DNA from: an uncultured Bacilli bacterium
Lineage (GTDB): Bacteria; Bacillota_I; Bacilli_A; RF39; UBA660
Direction: 5' to 3'
NCBI GenBank assembly: GCA_947629035.1
Contig: CANRCE010000002.1
Span: forward strand, 251-64,250
Length of the DNA: 64,000 bases
Numbering within the stretch: the stretch's first letter is position 1; each line of letters begins with the position of its first letter. This document shows positions 16,636-26,639 of the stretch, one piece after another. The notes beneath the pieces are model-generated. The model ran no database searches and had not been told where the DNA came from. It saw only the letters and a program-made list of their open reading frames with translations. The position numbers and the translations under genes were made by a program.

Positions 16636-19033
16636 TTTTAGAAAAATTGAAAATAAGTGGCAAGAAAGATGGGAAAAAGAAGAAACTTTTAAGGCAAAGG
16701 ATGATTTTAGTAAGCCAAAATTTTATGGTTTAGTAGAATTTCCTTATCCTTCAGGAGCTGGTATGCATGTTGGTCATATTAAAGCTTATTCGGGATTAGA
16801 TGTTATTGCTAGGTTAAGAAGAATGCAAGGATATAATGTTTTATTTCCAATTGGTTTTGATGCTTTTGGATTACCAACAGAAAATTATGCAATAAAGACA
16901 AAAACTCATCCTAGAATTGTTACAGATAAAAATATTGAAAATTTTACTAAACAAATGAAAAAGGTAGGATTTGCTTTTGATTATTCTAGAACAATTGATA
17001 CAACACAAGAAAGTTATTATAAATGGACGCAATGGATATTTTTAAAAATGTTTGAGCATAATCTTGCTTTTCGTGATAAGACTTTAGTTAATTATTGTCC
17101 TTCTTGTAAAGTTGTTTTATCAAATGAAGATTCTCAAGGTGGTAAATGTGATATTTGTCATAATGAAATTATTCAAAAAGAAAAAGATGTTTGGTATTTA
17201 AGAATAACTGATTATAGTGAAAAGTTATTAGAGGGTTTAAAGGATGTTGATTATTTACCTAATATAAAACTTCAACAAGAAAATTGGATAGGTAAGTCAA
17301 ATGGGGCTTTTGTTTGGTTTGATTTAACTAATACTTCTGATAAACTTAAAATTTATACAACTAGACCTGATACTTTATTTGGTGTAACTTTTATGGTAAT
17401 TGCTCCAGAACATCCACTTATTGAAAAAAATAAAGATAAAATTTTAAATATGGATGAAATTAATGTTTATCGTGAAGTTACTAGGAAAAAGACTGAATTT
17501 GAAAGAATAGAATTAAATAAAGAAAAAACAGGAGTTAAAATTGATGGTATTCTAGCTATTAATCCCGTAAATGGTAAAGAAATACCAATATATGTATCAG
17601 ATTATGTTATGTTAGGTTATGGTACGGGGGCTATTATGGCTGTACCTGCTCATGATAGTCGTGATTATGAAATGGCTCGTAAATTCAATATTGATATAAT
17701 ACCTGTAATTGATGGTGATATATCTTATGAGGCTTATACTGAAGATGGAAAAATGATTAATTCGGGATTTTTAAATGGTATTGATAATAAAAAAGAAGCT
17801 ATTGAGAAAATGATAGCTTATTTGGAAGAAAATAAGATAGGTAAAAGAGCTGTACAATATAAGATGAAAGATTGGGCTTTTAATCGACAACGTTATTGGG
17901 GAGAGCCTATTCCTATTATTTATTGTGATAACTGTGGTATGGTTGCTGTTCCTTATGATGAGTTGCCTTTAAAATTACCTGAAATAAAAAATTATGAACC
18001 AGGTACTAATGGTGAGAGCCCTCTTGCTAAAATACCAGAATTTGTAAATTGTGTTTGTCCAAAATGTGGAAAAAATGCTAAAAGAGAAACAGATACTATG
18101 CCTCAATGGGCAGGTTCTTCATGGTATTTTTTAAGATATATTGATCCATTTAACGATAAAGAATTAGCAGACTATGATAAATTAAAATATTGGTTACCTG
18201 TTGATTGGTATAATGGTGGAATGGAACATGTTACAAGACACGTTATTTATTCAAGATTTTGGCATCATTTCTTATATGATATTGGTGTAGTTCCAACGAA
18301 AGAACCATATGCTAAAAGAACGGCTCAAGGTCTAATTTTGGGGCCTGATGGTGATAAGATGAGTAAATCAAAAGGTAATGTTATCGATCCTAATGATATT
18401 GTGGATAGTTATGGAGCTGATACTCTTCGGGCATATGTTCTATTTATGGGTGAATATTCTAAAGAGTCTCCTTGGAATGATGATGCTATCAAGGGTGTAA
18501 GTCGCTTTTTAGATAAAGTATATAATTTAAAAGATAAAGTCAATGATAAATTAGAATATTCTAAAAATCTAGAAATAATTATTAACAAGACAATTAAAAA
18601 AGTAAGTGAAGACTATGAAGCAATGAAATTTAATACAGCAATATCAGCATTAATGCAACTTACAAGTTCTTACGCTGAATGTGATGAAATAACGAAAGCT
18701 GATTATTTAGTTTTATTACAGTTATTATGTCCAATTGCTCCTCATATAACTGAAGAGTTAAATGAATTACTTGGAAATAAGCAAATGTTAGTTGATAGTA
18801 AATTTCCTGTTTATGATGCTTCTAAAGTTTTGGATGAAGAAATTGAAATTGCAGTTCAAATTAATGGTAAATTAAGAGATACTATTAAAGTAAAAAAAGA
18901 TGCTACTAAAGAAGAAGTATTAGCTTTGGCTTATGAAAGTGATAATATTAAAAGACATTTAGAGAATAAAAAAGTGGTAAAAGAAATAGTTGTTTTAGGA
19001 AGAATTGTTAATATTGTAGCAAAAGATGCTTAA
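16628..19033 (+). CDS. leuS: leucine--tRNA ligase
   Basis: 801 aa. Class I HIGH (PYPSGAGMHVGHIKAY) and KMSKS (KMSKSKGN). CP1 editing domain present. Confidence 0.9.
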   Translation: MYNFRKIENKWQERWEKEETFKAKDDFSKPKFYGLVEFPYPSGAGMHVGHIKAYSGLDVIARLRRMQGYNVLFPIGFDAFGLPTENYAIKTKTHPRIVTDKNIENFTKQMKKVGFAFDYSRTIDTTQESYYKWTQWIFLKMFEHNLAFRDKTLVNYCPSCKVVLSNEDSQGGKCDICHNEIIQKEKDVWYLRITDYSEKLLEGLKDVDYLPNIKLQQENWIGKSNGAFVWFDLTNTSDKLKIYTTRPDTLFGVTFMVIAPEHPLIEKNKDKILNMDEINVYREVTRKKTEFERIELNKEKTGVKIDGILAINPVNGKEIPIYVSDYVMLGYGTGAIMAVPAHDSRDYEMARKFNIDIIPVIDGDISYEAYTEDGKMINSGFLNGIDNKKEAIEKMIAYLEENKIGKRAVQYKMKDWAFNRQRYWGEPIPIIYCDNCGMVAVPYDELPLKLPEIKNYEPGTNGESPLAKIPEFVNCVCPKCGKNAKRETDTMPQWAGSSWYFLRYIDPFNDKELADYDKLKYWLPVDWYNGGMEHVTRHVIYSRFWHHFLYDIGVVPTKEPYAKRTAQGLILGPDGDKMSKSKGNVIDPNDIVDSYGADTLRAYVLFMGEYSKESPWNDDAIKGVSRFLDKVYNLKDKVNDKLEYSKNLEIIINKTIKKVSEDYEAMKFNTAISALMQLTSSYAECDEITKADYLVLLQLLCPIAPHITEELNELLGNKQMLVDSKFPVYDASKVLDEEIEIAVQINGKLRDTIKVKKDATKEEVLALAYESDNIKRHLENKKVVKEIVVLGRIVNIVAKDA

Positions 19034-19047
19034 AAACATCTTTTTTC
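19023..19047 (+). terminator. rho-independent terminator at the leuS stop codon
   Basis: aagatgcttaaaaacatctttttt. The stop TAA lies in the loop. Hairpin agatg/catct plus T-run. Confidence 0.55.
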
Positions 19048-19126
19048 TTTTGTCAAACTTGCGTAAACTTACTTGTATTTTATTTAATATTGTTATATCC
19101 TTATAGTAAGAGGGAGTGTGATATTA

Positions 19127-19327
19127 GTGATATATCCATCAATTGACAAAATATTAAATATTGTCGATTCTAAGTATGCTTTAGTCTATATTGTAGCAAA
19201 TAGAAGCAAACAAATGCAAAAAACAGGTTATTATCAAAAAAAGGAAGAAGAATACAAATCTAAAAAAACAATAGGAAGAGCTTTAGAAGAGGTATATGAT
19301 AATCTAATTCATGTTGAAAAACTATAA
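19127..19327 (+). CDS. rpoZ: DNA-directed RNA polymerase subunit omega
   Basis: V(M)IYPSIDKILNIVDSKYALVYIVANRSKQMQ...IGRALEEVYDNLIHVEK parallels Bacillus RpoZ (MLDPSIDSL..KLDSKYTLV..AKRARQ...GKALEEI). I place the start at GTG 19127 (RBS aagaGGGAG 8 nt upstream) rather than the ORF-track start of 19118. Confidence 0.7.
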   Translation: MIYPSIDKILNIVDSKYALVYIVANRSKQMQKTGYYQKKEEEYKSKKTIGRALEEVYDNLIHVEKL

Positions 19328-19401
19328 AAGTTTTTCATTTTTTTTATAAATTTTAAAGTAATTTCAAAAATTATCACTAATAATATAATTAGGAGGTAAT
19401 T

Positions 19402-20082
19402 ATGATAAAATTAAAAGATATTCCAAATAGTGAAAAGCCAAGAGAAAGATTAATTAAGTATGGTGCTAGTAATTTATCTAATGAAGAATTATTGATGATT
19501 ATTTTAGGAAGTGGTACTAAAGATATGGATGTTAAGCAACTTGCTGATAATATTTTAGTTAGATTAGATAATATTCAAAAATTAAAAGATTTAAATATTA
19601 AAAAATTAATGGAAATAAAAGGAATAGGTCAAGTAAAAGCTCTTTTACTTCTTGCTTGTTTAGAATTAGGTAAAAGGGTATATCAAGATACTACTATTGA
19701 AGATTTAATAAGATGTACTAATCCTAGTAATATCATATCTTACTTTAATTATTTATTTAAAGATAAAAAGCAAGAATATTTTTATGTGTTATATCTAGAT
19801 AATAAAAAGCAATTTATTGATAAGAAAATGTTATTTAAAGGAAGTATAGCTACTTCTTTAATTCATCCAAGAGAAATATTTAAAGAAGCTTATCTTTTGT
19901 CTTCATCATATATGATATGTCTACATAATCATCCTTCAGGAGATCCACTTCCTAGTAAAGAAGATATTTTAGTTACAAAAAGATTAGTGGAATTAGGTAA
20001 TCTTCATGCGATACCATTGATAGATCATATAATTATAGGAAATAATTGTTATTATAGTTTTTATCAAGATGATAAACTTTAA
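19402..20082 (+). CDS. radC: RadC-family JAB/MPN domain protein
   Basis: 226 aa. HhH N-terminal region and JAMM motif HNHPSGDPLPSKEDILVTKRL. Confidence 0.85.
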   Translation: MIKLKDIPNSEKPRERLIKYGASNLSNEELLMIILGSGTKDMDVKQLADNILVRLDNIQKLKDLNIKKLMEIKGIGQVKALLLLACLELGKRVYQDTTIEDLIRCTNPSNIISYFNYLFKDKKQEYFYVLYLDNKKQFIDKKMLFKGSIATSLIHPREIFKEAYLLSSSYMICLHNHPSGDPLPSKEDILVTKRLVELGNLHAIPLIDHIIIGNNCYYSFYQDDKL

Positions 20083-20169
20083 TAAATATTAATAAAAATT
20101 TAGTAAATACTAAAATTAAAGTCTTTTAAAAAAATATAAAATATTATATAATTATTATGAGGTGATAAA

Positions 20170-21030
20170 ATGCTAAAATACAAAAAAAAGAAATTAGCTT
20201 TAAGATATGTTATACTAGCAATACTTATTTCTATAATTTTGTTTTTAGTTATTTTTTCATATACACTAAAAACTGATCGTAAATTAAATAAAGTAGAATC
20301 TTTAATTAAAGATGTTATTGTTTTTAGTCAAAAAATTGTTTATGTACCTTTTAATTATCTTAGCGATAAAGTAAGTGATTTTTCTAAATTAAAAGATGTA
20401 GAAAAAGAAAATGATATATTAAATACTTCTTTAGATAGAATGTCTTCGATTGAAGCTGAAAATGTGGAATTAAGAAGACAAATTGAAAAATTAAAGGAAG
20501 AATTGAATATCGATTATGTTCTTACTGATTATGAATATTTAAATGCTACGGTTGTAAGTCGAAATATTGGTTATTGGTATAATACTATTACATTGGATAA
20601 GGGAAGTTATAGTGGAGTAGAGGTGGATATGGTAGTAATTAATGCTAAAGGATTAATTGGTAAAGTAATTAGCACTACAACTTTTACTTCTGAAGTTAGA
20701 TTAATAACTACTAATGATTCTAATAATAAAATATCTGTATTAGTAAGTGATGGTAATAATAAAGTTTATGGTTTACTTAACAAATATGACTATGATACTA
20801 ATACTTTAAAAATTGAAGGAATTAGTAATACATTACAAGTAAATATTGGAGATATGGTATATACAAGTGGAATGGGAGGAGTATTTCCAAGTGGTATATT
20901 AATAGGAAAGGTTAATGCTATTACTACTGATGAATATGATTTAGCTAAAATTATTAATGTAACTCCTTCAGCAGATTTTAATGATATAAATTTTGTTTCT
21001 ATTTTAAAAAGGAAAAGTGATGAAAAATGA
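20170..21030 (+). CDS. mreC: rod shape-determining protein MreC
   Basis: 286 aa. N-terminal TM, coiled coil (ENVELRRQIEKLKEELN), beta-domain GLIGKVISTTTFTSEVRLITTNDSNNKISVLV. Confidence 0.85.
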   Translation: MLKYKKKKLALRYVILAILISIILFLVIFSYTLKTDRKLNKVESLIKDVIVFSQKIVYVPFNYLSDKVSDFSKLKDVEKENDILNTSLDRMSSIEAENVELRRQIEKLKEELNIDYVLTDYEYLNATVVSRNIGYWYNTITLDKGSYSGVEVDMVVINAKGLIGKVISTTTFTSEVRLITTNDSNNKISVLVSDGNNKVYGLLNKYDYDTNTLKIEGISNTLQVNIGDMVYTSGMGGVFPSGILIGKVNAITTDEYDLAKIINVTPSADFNDINFVSILKRKSDEK

Positions 21031-21533
21031 TTATTGCTATTATTGCTCTTGTAATTTCCTTTTTTTTAGAAAGTATTACTTCTTGCTTTTTTCCAAATAG
21101 TTTAAATATGATTAGTTATTTTACTACTATTTATACTATTATAACATTAGTAGTGTTATATCCTTATTTTGATAATAATAAAAAGTATTATATGCTTCTT
21201 GTTATTTTTGGTATTCTTTTTGACATTATATATACTAATACCTTTTTATTAAATATAGTATTATTTTTTATTGTAAGTTTATTTGTAAGATTTATAAATT
21301 ATCATTTAGCTACTAATTTATTAAATATTAATATTATTAGTATAATAGCTATAATTATCTATCATTTATTTAGTTACTTTATTTTAGAAGTAATTGGTTA
21401 TCTTCAATATCCTTTTATGTTATTTATAAATATTATAAGTCATAGTTTAATCATGACTATAATTTATACTACAATACTATATTTAATACTAAAAAAAGTA
21501 TATATGCATGTTAATATAAAAACAATAAGATAA
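21027..21533 (+). CDS. mreD: rod shape-determining protein MreD (divergent)
   Basis: 168 aa polytopic membrane protein. Overlaps the mreC stop by 4 nt. Confidence 0.65.
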   Translation: MIIAIIALVISFFLESITSCFFPNSLNMISYFTTIYTIITLVVLYPYFDNNKKYYMLLVIFGILFDIIYTNTFLLNIVLFFIVSLFVRFINYHLATNLLNINIISIIAIIIYHLFSYFILEVIGYLQYPFMLFINIISHSLIMTIIYTTILYLILKKVYMHVNIKTIR

Positions 21534-21559
21534 AAAATGTTGTATTTTAGAAAAAAATA

Positions 21560-21725
21560 TGCTATTATAAAACTATAATTCTTTAAGGGACTATTATTTG
21601 TGACAGAATAGTTATACTTTAAAGCGTACTTTTGCGTTAAAGAAAAAAAGAGCACAATTATAAGTGAAATAAGGTGGCACCGCGAGTAATATCGTCCTTA
21701 TGTCTTGTTTTTGTGTTTTATTTTA
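21560..21725 (+). promoter_or_regulatory. T-box riboswitch leader upstream of aspS
   Basis: T-box core aaataAGGTGGcACCGCGa at 21668-21684. Candidate GAC specifier in 'tgtGACagaat'. ATAAGG/CCTTAT antiterminator pairing. Shares the 14-nt segment cgtccttatgtctt with the glyQS leader. T-rich tract before the RBS. Confidence 0.6.
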
Positions 21726-21739
21726 TGGAGGGATGTTAA

Positions 21740-23470
21740 ATGAAAAAGTATGATAATGCAAGTTTTAATCTAAAAGATGTAAATAAGGAAGTTACATTAT
21801 ATGGTTGGATTGCTAAAAAAAGAAATTTGGGAGGTTTAATTTTTCTTGATTTAAGAGATCGAAGTGGTATCATTCAAATTGTTGTTAAACCAGATATGCC
21901 TTTTTATAATGAAAATTATAAAAATGAAATGGTTTTAGAAGTAACTGGTAAAATAGTTGAAAGAGAAAGTAAAAATCCTAATCTTCCTACTGGAGATATT
22001 GAAGTTGTAGCTAGTGATATTGTTATATTAAATACAGCATTAGATTTACCTTTTGAAATAAATGATGAAGTTAATGCTTTAGAGGATACTAGATTAAAAT
22101 ATCGTTATTTAGATTTAAGAAGAAGTGTTTTACAGAAAAATTTAATGTTAAGACATCAAGTAACTTTAATTGCTCGTAATTTTTTATCTAGTTTGGGTTT
22201 TATTGAAATAGAAACTCCGATTTTATGTAAATCAACTCCTGAAGGAGCACGTGATTATTTAGTACCAAGTAGAATTAGTAAAGGTAAATTTTATGCATTA
22301 CCACAATCTCCTCAAATATATAAACAGCTTTTAATGATTAGTGGAATGGAGAAATATTTTCAAATAGCGCGTTGTTTTAGAGATGAAGATTTAAGAGCTG
22401 ATAGACAACCAGAATTTACTCAAATAGATATTGAAATGAGTTTTGCTAATGAAGAAGATATTTTTTCTATCGTAGAATCTTTAATGAAAAAAATTTTTAA
22501 GGAGATAAAAAATATTGAGCTTGGTGATTTTCCAAGACTAACTTATGATGAATGTATGGATAGATTTGGTAGTGATAAGCCCGATACTAGATTTAAAATG
22601 GAATTGTGTAATCTTAATGATATTTTTCATAATACTAATTTTACTATTTTTAAAAATGTTATTGATAATAAGGGTATAATTAAAGCTATTGTTGTAAAAA
22701 ATAATGCTAATAATTTTTCAAGAAAAGATATTGATAGGCTAACAGAGTTTGTAAAAATATATAAAGCAAATGCTCTTGCTTATTTAAAATATGATAAAGA
22801 ATTTACAGGTTCTATTGCTAAAGTAATTAGTGATGAAGAAAAAGAAGCTTTAATTAAAAATCTAGCTTTGGAAGATAATGATTTAGTATTTATAATTGCT
22901 GATAAAGAAAAAATAGTTAATAGTGCTCTTGGGGCTTTAAGAATAAAATTAGCTCATGATTTAGGCTTAATTGATGATAGTAAATATAATTTCTTATGGG
23001 TTACTGATTTTCCAATGTTTGAATATAGTGAAGAAGAAAAACGTTATATTGCAGCTCATCATCCATTTACATCTCCTAATTTAGAAGATATAGATAAGTT
23101 ATTAACTGATAAAGAAAATTGTTATTCTAGAGCTTATGATTTAGTTATAAATGGTTATGAACTTCTTAGTGGTTCAATTAGAATTCACGATCAAGAGATT
23201 CAAAATAAAGTTTTTGAAGCAATTGGACTATCAAAAGAAGAAGCAAAAGAACGATTTGGATTTTTCCTAGAGGCATTTAATTATGGAACACCTCCACATG
23301 GAGGAGTGGGTATTGGACTAGAAAGATTGATAATGATTTTAGCTAATACTGATAATATTCGTGATGTTGTTGCTTTTCCTAAAACAGCAAGCGCTACTGA
23401 TTTAATGGCTGATGCACCAAATGTAGTTGATTTAGCGCAATTAGAAATATTAGGTATTAACACTAAATAA
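21740..23470 (+). CDS. aspS: aspartate--tRNA ligase
   Basis: 576 aa. Class II motifs (FQIARCFRDEDLRADRQPEFTQID; GGVGIGLERL). N-terminal OB anticodon-binding domain. Confidence 0.9.
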   Translation: MKKYDNASFNLKDVNKEVTLYGWIAKKRNLGGLIFLDLRDRSGIIQIVVKPDMPFYNENYKNEMVLEVTGKIVERESKNPNLPTGDIEVVASDIVILNTALDLPFEINDEVNALEDTRLKYRYLDLRRSVLQKNLMLRHQVTLIARNFLSSLGFIEIETPILCKSTPEGARDYLVPSRISKGKFYALPQSPQIYKQLLMISGMEKYFQIARCFRDEDLRADRQPEFTQIDIEMSFANEEDIFSIVESLMKKIFKEIKNIELGDFPRLTYDECMDRFGSDKPDTRFKMELCNLNDIFHNTNFTIFKNVIDNKGIIKAIVVKNNANNFSRKDIDRLTEFVKIYKANALAYLKYDKEFTGSIAKVISDEEKEALIKNLALEDNDLVFIIADKEKIVNSALGALRIKLAHDLGLIDDSKYNFLWVTDFPMFEYSEEEKRYIAAHHPFTSPNLEDIDKLLTDKENCYSRAYDLVINGYELLSGSIRIHDQEIQNKVFEAIGLSKEEAKERFGFFLEAFNYGTPPHGGVGIGLERLIMILANTDNIRDVVAFPKTASATDLMADAPNVVDLAQLEILGINTK

Positions 23471-23491
23471 AGATACAGGGGAGGTTTTATT

Positions 23492-24958
23492 ATGGTATCG
23501 ATTAATAATAAATATGATCAAATTGCAGTTATATTTAAAAAAAATATTAATAAATTTTCTAATGGGTATGTACCTTATAAAGTAGTTGAGGGCTATTTAG
23601 ATAAAAATGATCTTATCTTTTTTGATAAAGAGGGTATAGCTTATTATCATATGATTGAAAATATGCAAGGAAATTGTTTTGCTTTAAGGACTAATATTGA
23701 GGATTTGAAAAGAGAAAATCCTAATATAACGTTAAACGAAATAAAGAAAGAATTTTTACAAAAGGCAAAAGGAAAAAATTATTATTTAAATATTGATCAA
23801 AATCAACAAAAATATATAACTATAGTAGATAAAGCTACCGAAGAAGTTGAAATTCTAAATGATTTAGATACAGAAAAACTAAATGAATATTTTAGTGATG
23901 AGTTGATTATGGTGGTAGATAATGGTAATGAACAAGTTGATAATCATCAAGCAGAAAATTCAAGTTTTTCTATTAAAAAAGTAAATGAAGCAGTAAAACC
24001 AAATATAGAAATAAAAATAAATGAATTATATGAACAATTATCCTTAAATATTATTGGACAAGATGAAGCTATTAGAAAAATTCTTGTAAGTATTTATAAA
24101 CATTATAATAATAATATAACTAAATCTCAAAATATTTTTGTCAATGGAAAAACTGGGGTAGGAAAAACGGAAATATTTAGACAACTTGCTAAATTAATTA
24201 AAGTTCCTATCGTAATTGAGGATGCTAATAATTTTACCATGGAAGGTTATTATGGTAGAGATGTAAATGAAATGTTGTCTGATATGTTAATAGCTGCAAA
24301 TGGAGATATTGCTTTAGCCGAAAATGGTATTTTGATAATTGATGAGATTGATAAATTAAGAGGAGATTATGAGAAAGTATCTACCACAGGTGTTCAGCAA
24401 AGTTTATTAAAACTAATCGAAGGTAAAGAAGCATATGTTCAATATGGCTATACCAAAGTTAAATTTGATACGACAAAACTTTTGGTTGGTGCTCTTGGAG
24501 CTTTTTCTGATATTAGTTTAAAACGAGGAAATGATTTAGGTTTTAATAGGGATATTACTAAATTAGAATATCAAGATTTACAATTAGCTGATTTTATAAA
24601 GGCTGGAATGATGCCTGAATTTATGGGAAGATTTCCTTCATTAGTTTCTTTAAAAGATTTAACAGTTGAAAATTTAATAACTATCTTAACTAAAGTACCA
24701 TCAAGTGCTTTACTTCAAAATGAACTATTATTTGCTGATATGAATATTGAATTAATTACTACTGATGATTTTATAAATGAAGTTGCAAAAAAAGCTTATG
24801 CTAAAAAAACAGGAGCAAGGGCTTTGGATGTTGTCATAAATGAAGCTTTAGAGGAGGCTTTATTTGAAATATTAAAAAATCCCAATACTTATAATCAATT
24901 AATTTGTGATGGTAATACCGTTAATAATAATAAAAAATATATATTAAGAAAAAATTAA
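23492..24958 (+). CDS. ClpX-family AAA+ ATPase with a non-canonical N-terminal domain (no C4 zinc finger)
   Basis: 488 aa. Residues about 180-488 align with ClpX (NIIGQDEAIRKIL, Walker A NGKTGVGKT, FTMEGYYGRDV, ILIIDEIDKL, VQQSLLKLIEG, LGF loop GNDLGFNRD in place of IGF, GRFPSLVSL, KTGARAL). The first roughly 175 aa are unrelated to the ClpX zinc-binding domain. Confidence 0.7.
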   Translation: MVSINNKYDQIAVIFKKNINKFSNGYVPYKVVEGYLDKNDLIFFDKEGIAYYHMIENMQGNCFALRTNIEDLKRENPNITLNEIKKEFLQKAKGKNYYLNIDQNQQKYITIVDKATEEVEILNDLDTEKLNEYFSDELIMVVDNGNEQVDNHQAENSSFSIKKVNEAVKPNIEIKINELYEQLSLNIIGQDEAIRKILVSIYKHYNNNITKSQNIFVNGKTGVGKTEIFRQLAKLIKVPIVIEDANNFTMEGYYGRDVNEMLSDMLIAANGDIALAENGILIIDEIDKLRGDYEKVSTTGVQQSLLKLIEGKEAYVQYGYTKVKFDTTKLLVGALGAFSDISLKRGNDLGFNRDITKLEYQDLQLADFIKAGMMPEFMGRFPSLVSLKDLTVENLITILTKVPSSALLQNELLFADMNIELITTDDFINEVAKKAYAKKTGARALDVVINEALEEALFEILKNPNTYNQLICDGNTVNNNKKYILRKN

Positions 24959-25010
24959 GAAGTAAAAAAGCTTTTTAATTTTTTTGTTTTATAGAAAAAC
25001 AGAAAATTAC

Positions 25011-25039
25011 TAGACAGAGGAATCTATTTATGTTATAAT
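25011..25039 (+). promoter_or_regulatory. candidate sigma-A promoter for the downstream paralog pair
   Basis: TAGACA-17 nt-TATAAT (ctaGACAgaggaatctatttatgtTATAATc), 115 nt upstream of the ATG at 25155. Confidence 0.4.
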
Positions 25040-25154
25040 CAAAATAGAGTAAAGGGAGCTTGATTGATAATGTTTGTAAAATTCTATTCAAAATATCTAA
25101 AAAAAAGAAAGCCATATCATTTTAAATTAAAAAATAATATTATAAGAGGTCATT

Positions 25155-26615
25155 ATGATTGATAAAATAAAAGTAATTTTAGCAATTTGTATAAGTACTT
25201 TCTTATTAGGAATTGGAATGACTTATGCTTGGTATACTTGGCAATCAGATAGTAACACTAACATTTCTTTTAAAATAATGAGTATGGCTGATGTAAGTTT
25301 TGCTACAGGAAATGATATTAATGTCGATGATTTAGCTCCTGTTTTAGACTATAAAGATGGAAAAATGACATCATTTTCTATAAATAATAAAAAAGAACAA
25401 ACCTTTACTGGTATGGTTAATTTAGAAATAACAACGATAGATGAAAATTTAAGAGTTGAAGATTTTAAATATGTTTTATTAAGCTCCAATGATAATAATA
25501 GTTTTACAGAAATAGCCAATGGTAATTTTAAAGATCAAGGACCTCAAACTATTACAATTAAAGAAATAGAAGTAAATCCAGGTATTACGTATTATCAATT
25601 TATAATTTATATCGATGGTAATATGGAAAATAATATTAATATGATGAATAAGCAATTTGTAGCTAAACTTATGGTTGAAGTTAAGGGAGTAAGTGATATA
25701 TTAGATTCTTGTGCTGATGAAGAGTGGGTATCTGGCGCTGAAGGCTTATATAAAGATGGAAATGGAAATTGTCGATATATCGGTGCAAGTCCAGATAATT
25801 GGATAAAATTTAATGATGATATGTATCGTATAATTGGTATTTTTGATGGTAATACTCATAAAAAAGAGCAAGAGAATTTATTAAAACTAATATATCCAAG
25901 TGCTTTTATTTCTAGTTCTTATGGAATATATAATACTACTAATGATAGTGGTACTTATTCTAATTATAGTAATAGTTTTAAGAATGATACTCAAGCTAGT
26001 CCATCAAATGCTTATGTTTTATTAAATGAATATTTTTATAATAAAACTAATACGTCAGGCACATATGGTGATTGTAATAATTGGACATATTTTCGAAATA
26101 GTGATGGAAAACAAGTAGGAAGCTGTGATAAAATGTTAGCCTATGGTATAAAAAGTGAATATCAAGATTATATTGAAAGTAATGTAACTTGGTATTTATA
26201 TGGAAATGCAGATAATACTATTAAAAGACAAGAGATGTATTTGTGTGAGAGAGGATTAAATGGTTGTACTAGTGCAAATGGTGGAGCGTCTAGTGAAAGT
26301 ATTATAGCTCCAATTGGATTAATGTACCCATCAGATTATTCATATGCTAGTGGTAAGTATTCAATAAGTGAAGATCCAAGATTATCTGAAAAAGATTTAG
26401 GTATTGAAAATTGGCTATTTACAGGTTATGAGTGGATTATAACACCATCAAGTAGTGATGCTAAAAAAGTTTTTCAAATAACGGATCAAGGTTTAGTTGA
26501 TATAGAGAGTGCATATCACTCACTTGTCTTACGTCCTGTATTTTATTTAAAATCAGATGTAAAAATAATAAATGGAAGTGGATCTTATAATGATCCTTAT
26601 GAAGTAAGTTTATAA
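25155..26615 (+). CDS. secreted paralog (486 aa): SipW-cognate-type signal peptide + roughly 150-aa N-terminal domain + family C-terminal domain
   Basis: N-terminus KVILAICISTFLLGIGMTYAWYTWQSDSN resembles TasA/camelysin signal peptides. The C-terminal 300 aa align with the other three paralogs (GLYKDGNGNCRYIGASPDNWIKFNDDMYRIIGIF, NTH, YGDCNNWTYF, SCD, LCERG, YASG, ENWL, EWIITP, RPVFYLKSDVKI). Host-like T-ending codons. Confidence 0.75.
   Translation: MIDKIKVILAICISTFLLGIGMTYAWYTWQSDSNTNISFKIMSMADVSFATGNDINVDDLAPVLDYKDGKMTSFSINNKKEQTFTGMVNLEITTIDENLRVEDFKYVLLSSNDNNSFTEIANGNFKDQGPQTITIKEIEVNPGITYYQFIIYIDGNMENNINMMNKQFVAKLMVEVKGVSDILDSCADEEWVSGAEGLYKDGNGNCRYIGASPDNWIKFNDDMYRIIGIFDGNTHKKEQENLLKLIYPSAFISSSYGIYNTTNDSGTYSNYSNSFKNDTQASPSNAYVLLNEYFYNKTNTSGTYGDCNNWTYFRNSDGKQVGSCDKMLAYGIKSEYQDYIESNVTWYLYGNADNTIKRQEMYLCERGLNGCTSANGGASSESIIAPIGLMYPSDYSYASGKYSISEDPRLSEKDLGIENWLFTGYEWIITPSSSDAKKVFQITDQGLVDIESAYHSLVLRPVFYLKSDVKIINGSGSYNDPYEVSL
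25788..25828 (+). repeat. 41-nt block identical to 11761..11801
   Basis: agtccagataattggataaaatttaatgatgatatgtatcg. Confidence 0.8.
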
Positions 26616-26639
26616 GATAAAGAAAAGAGGTGTTAACCT

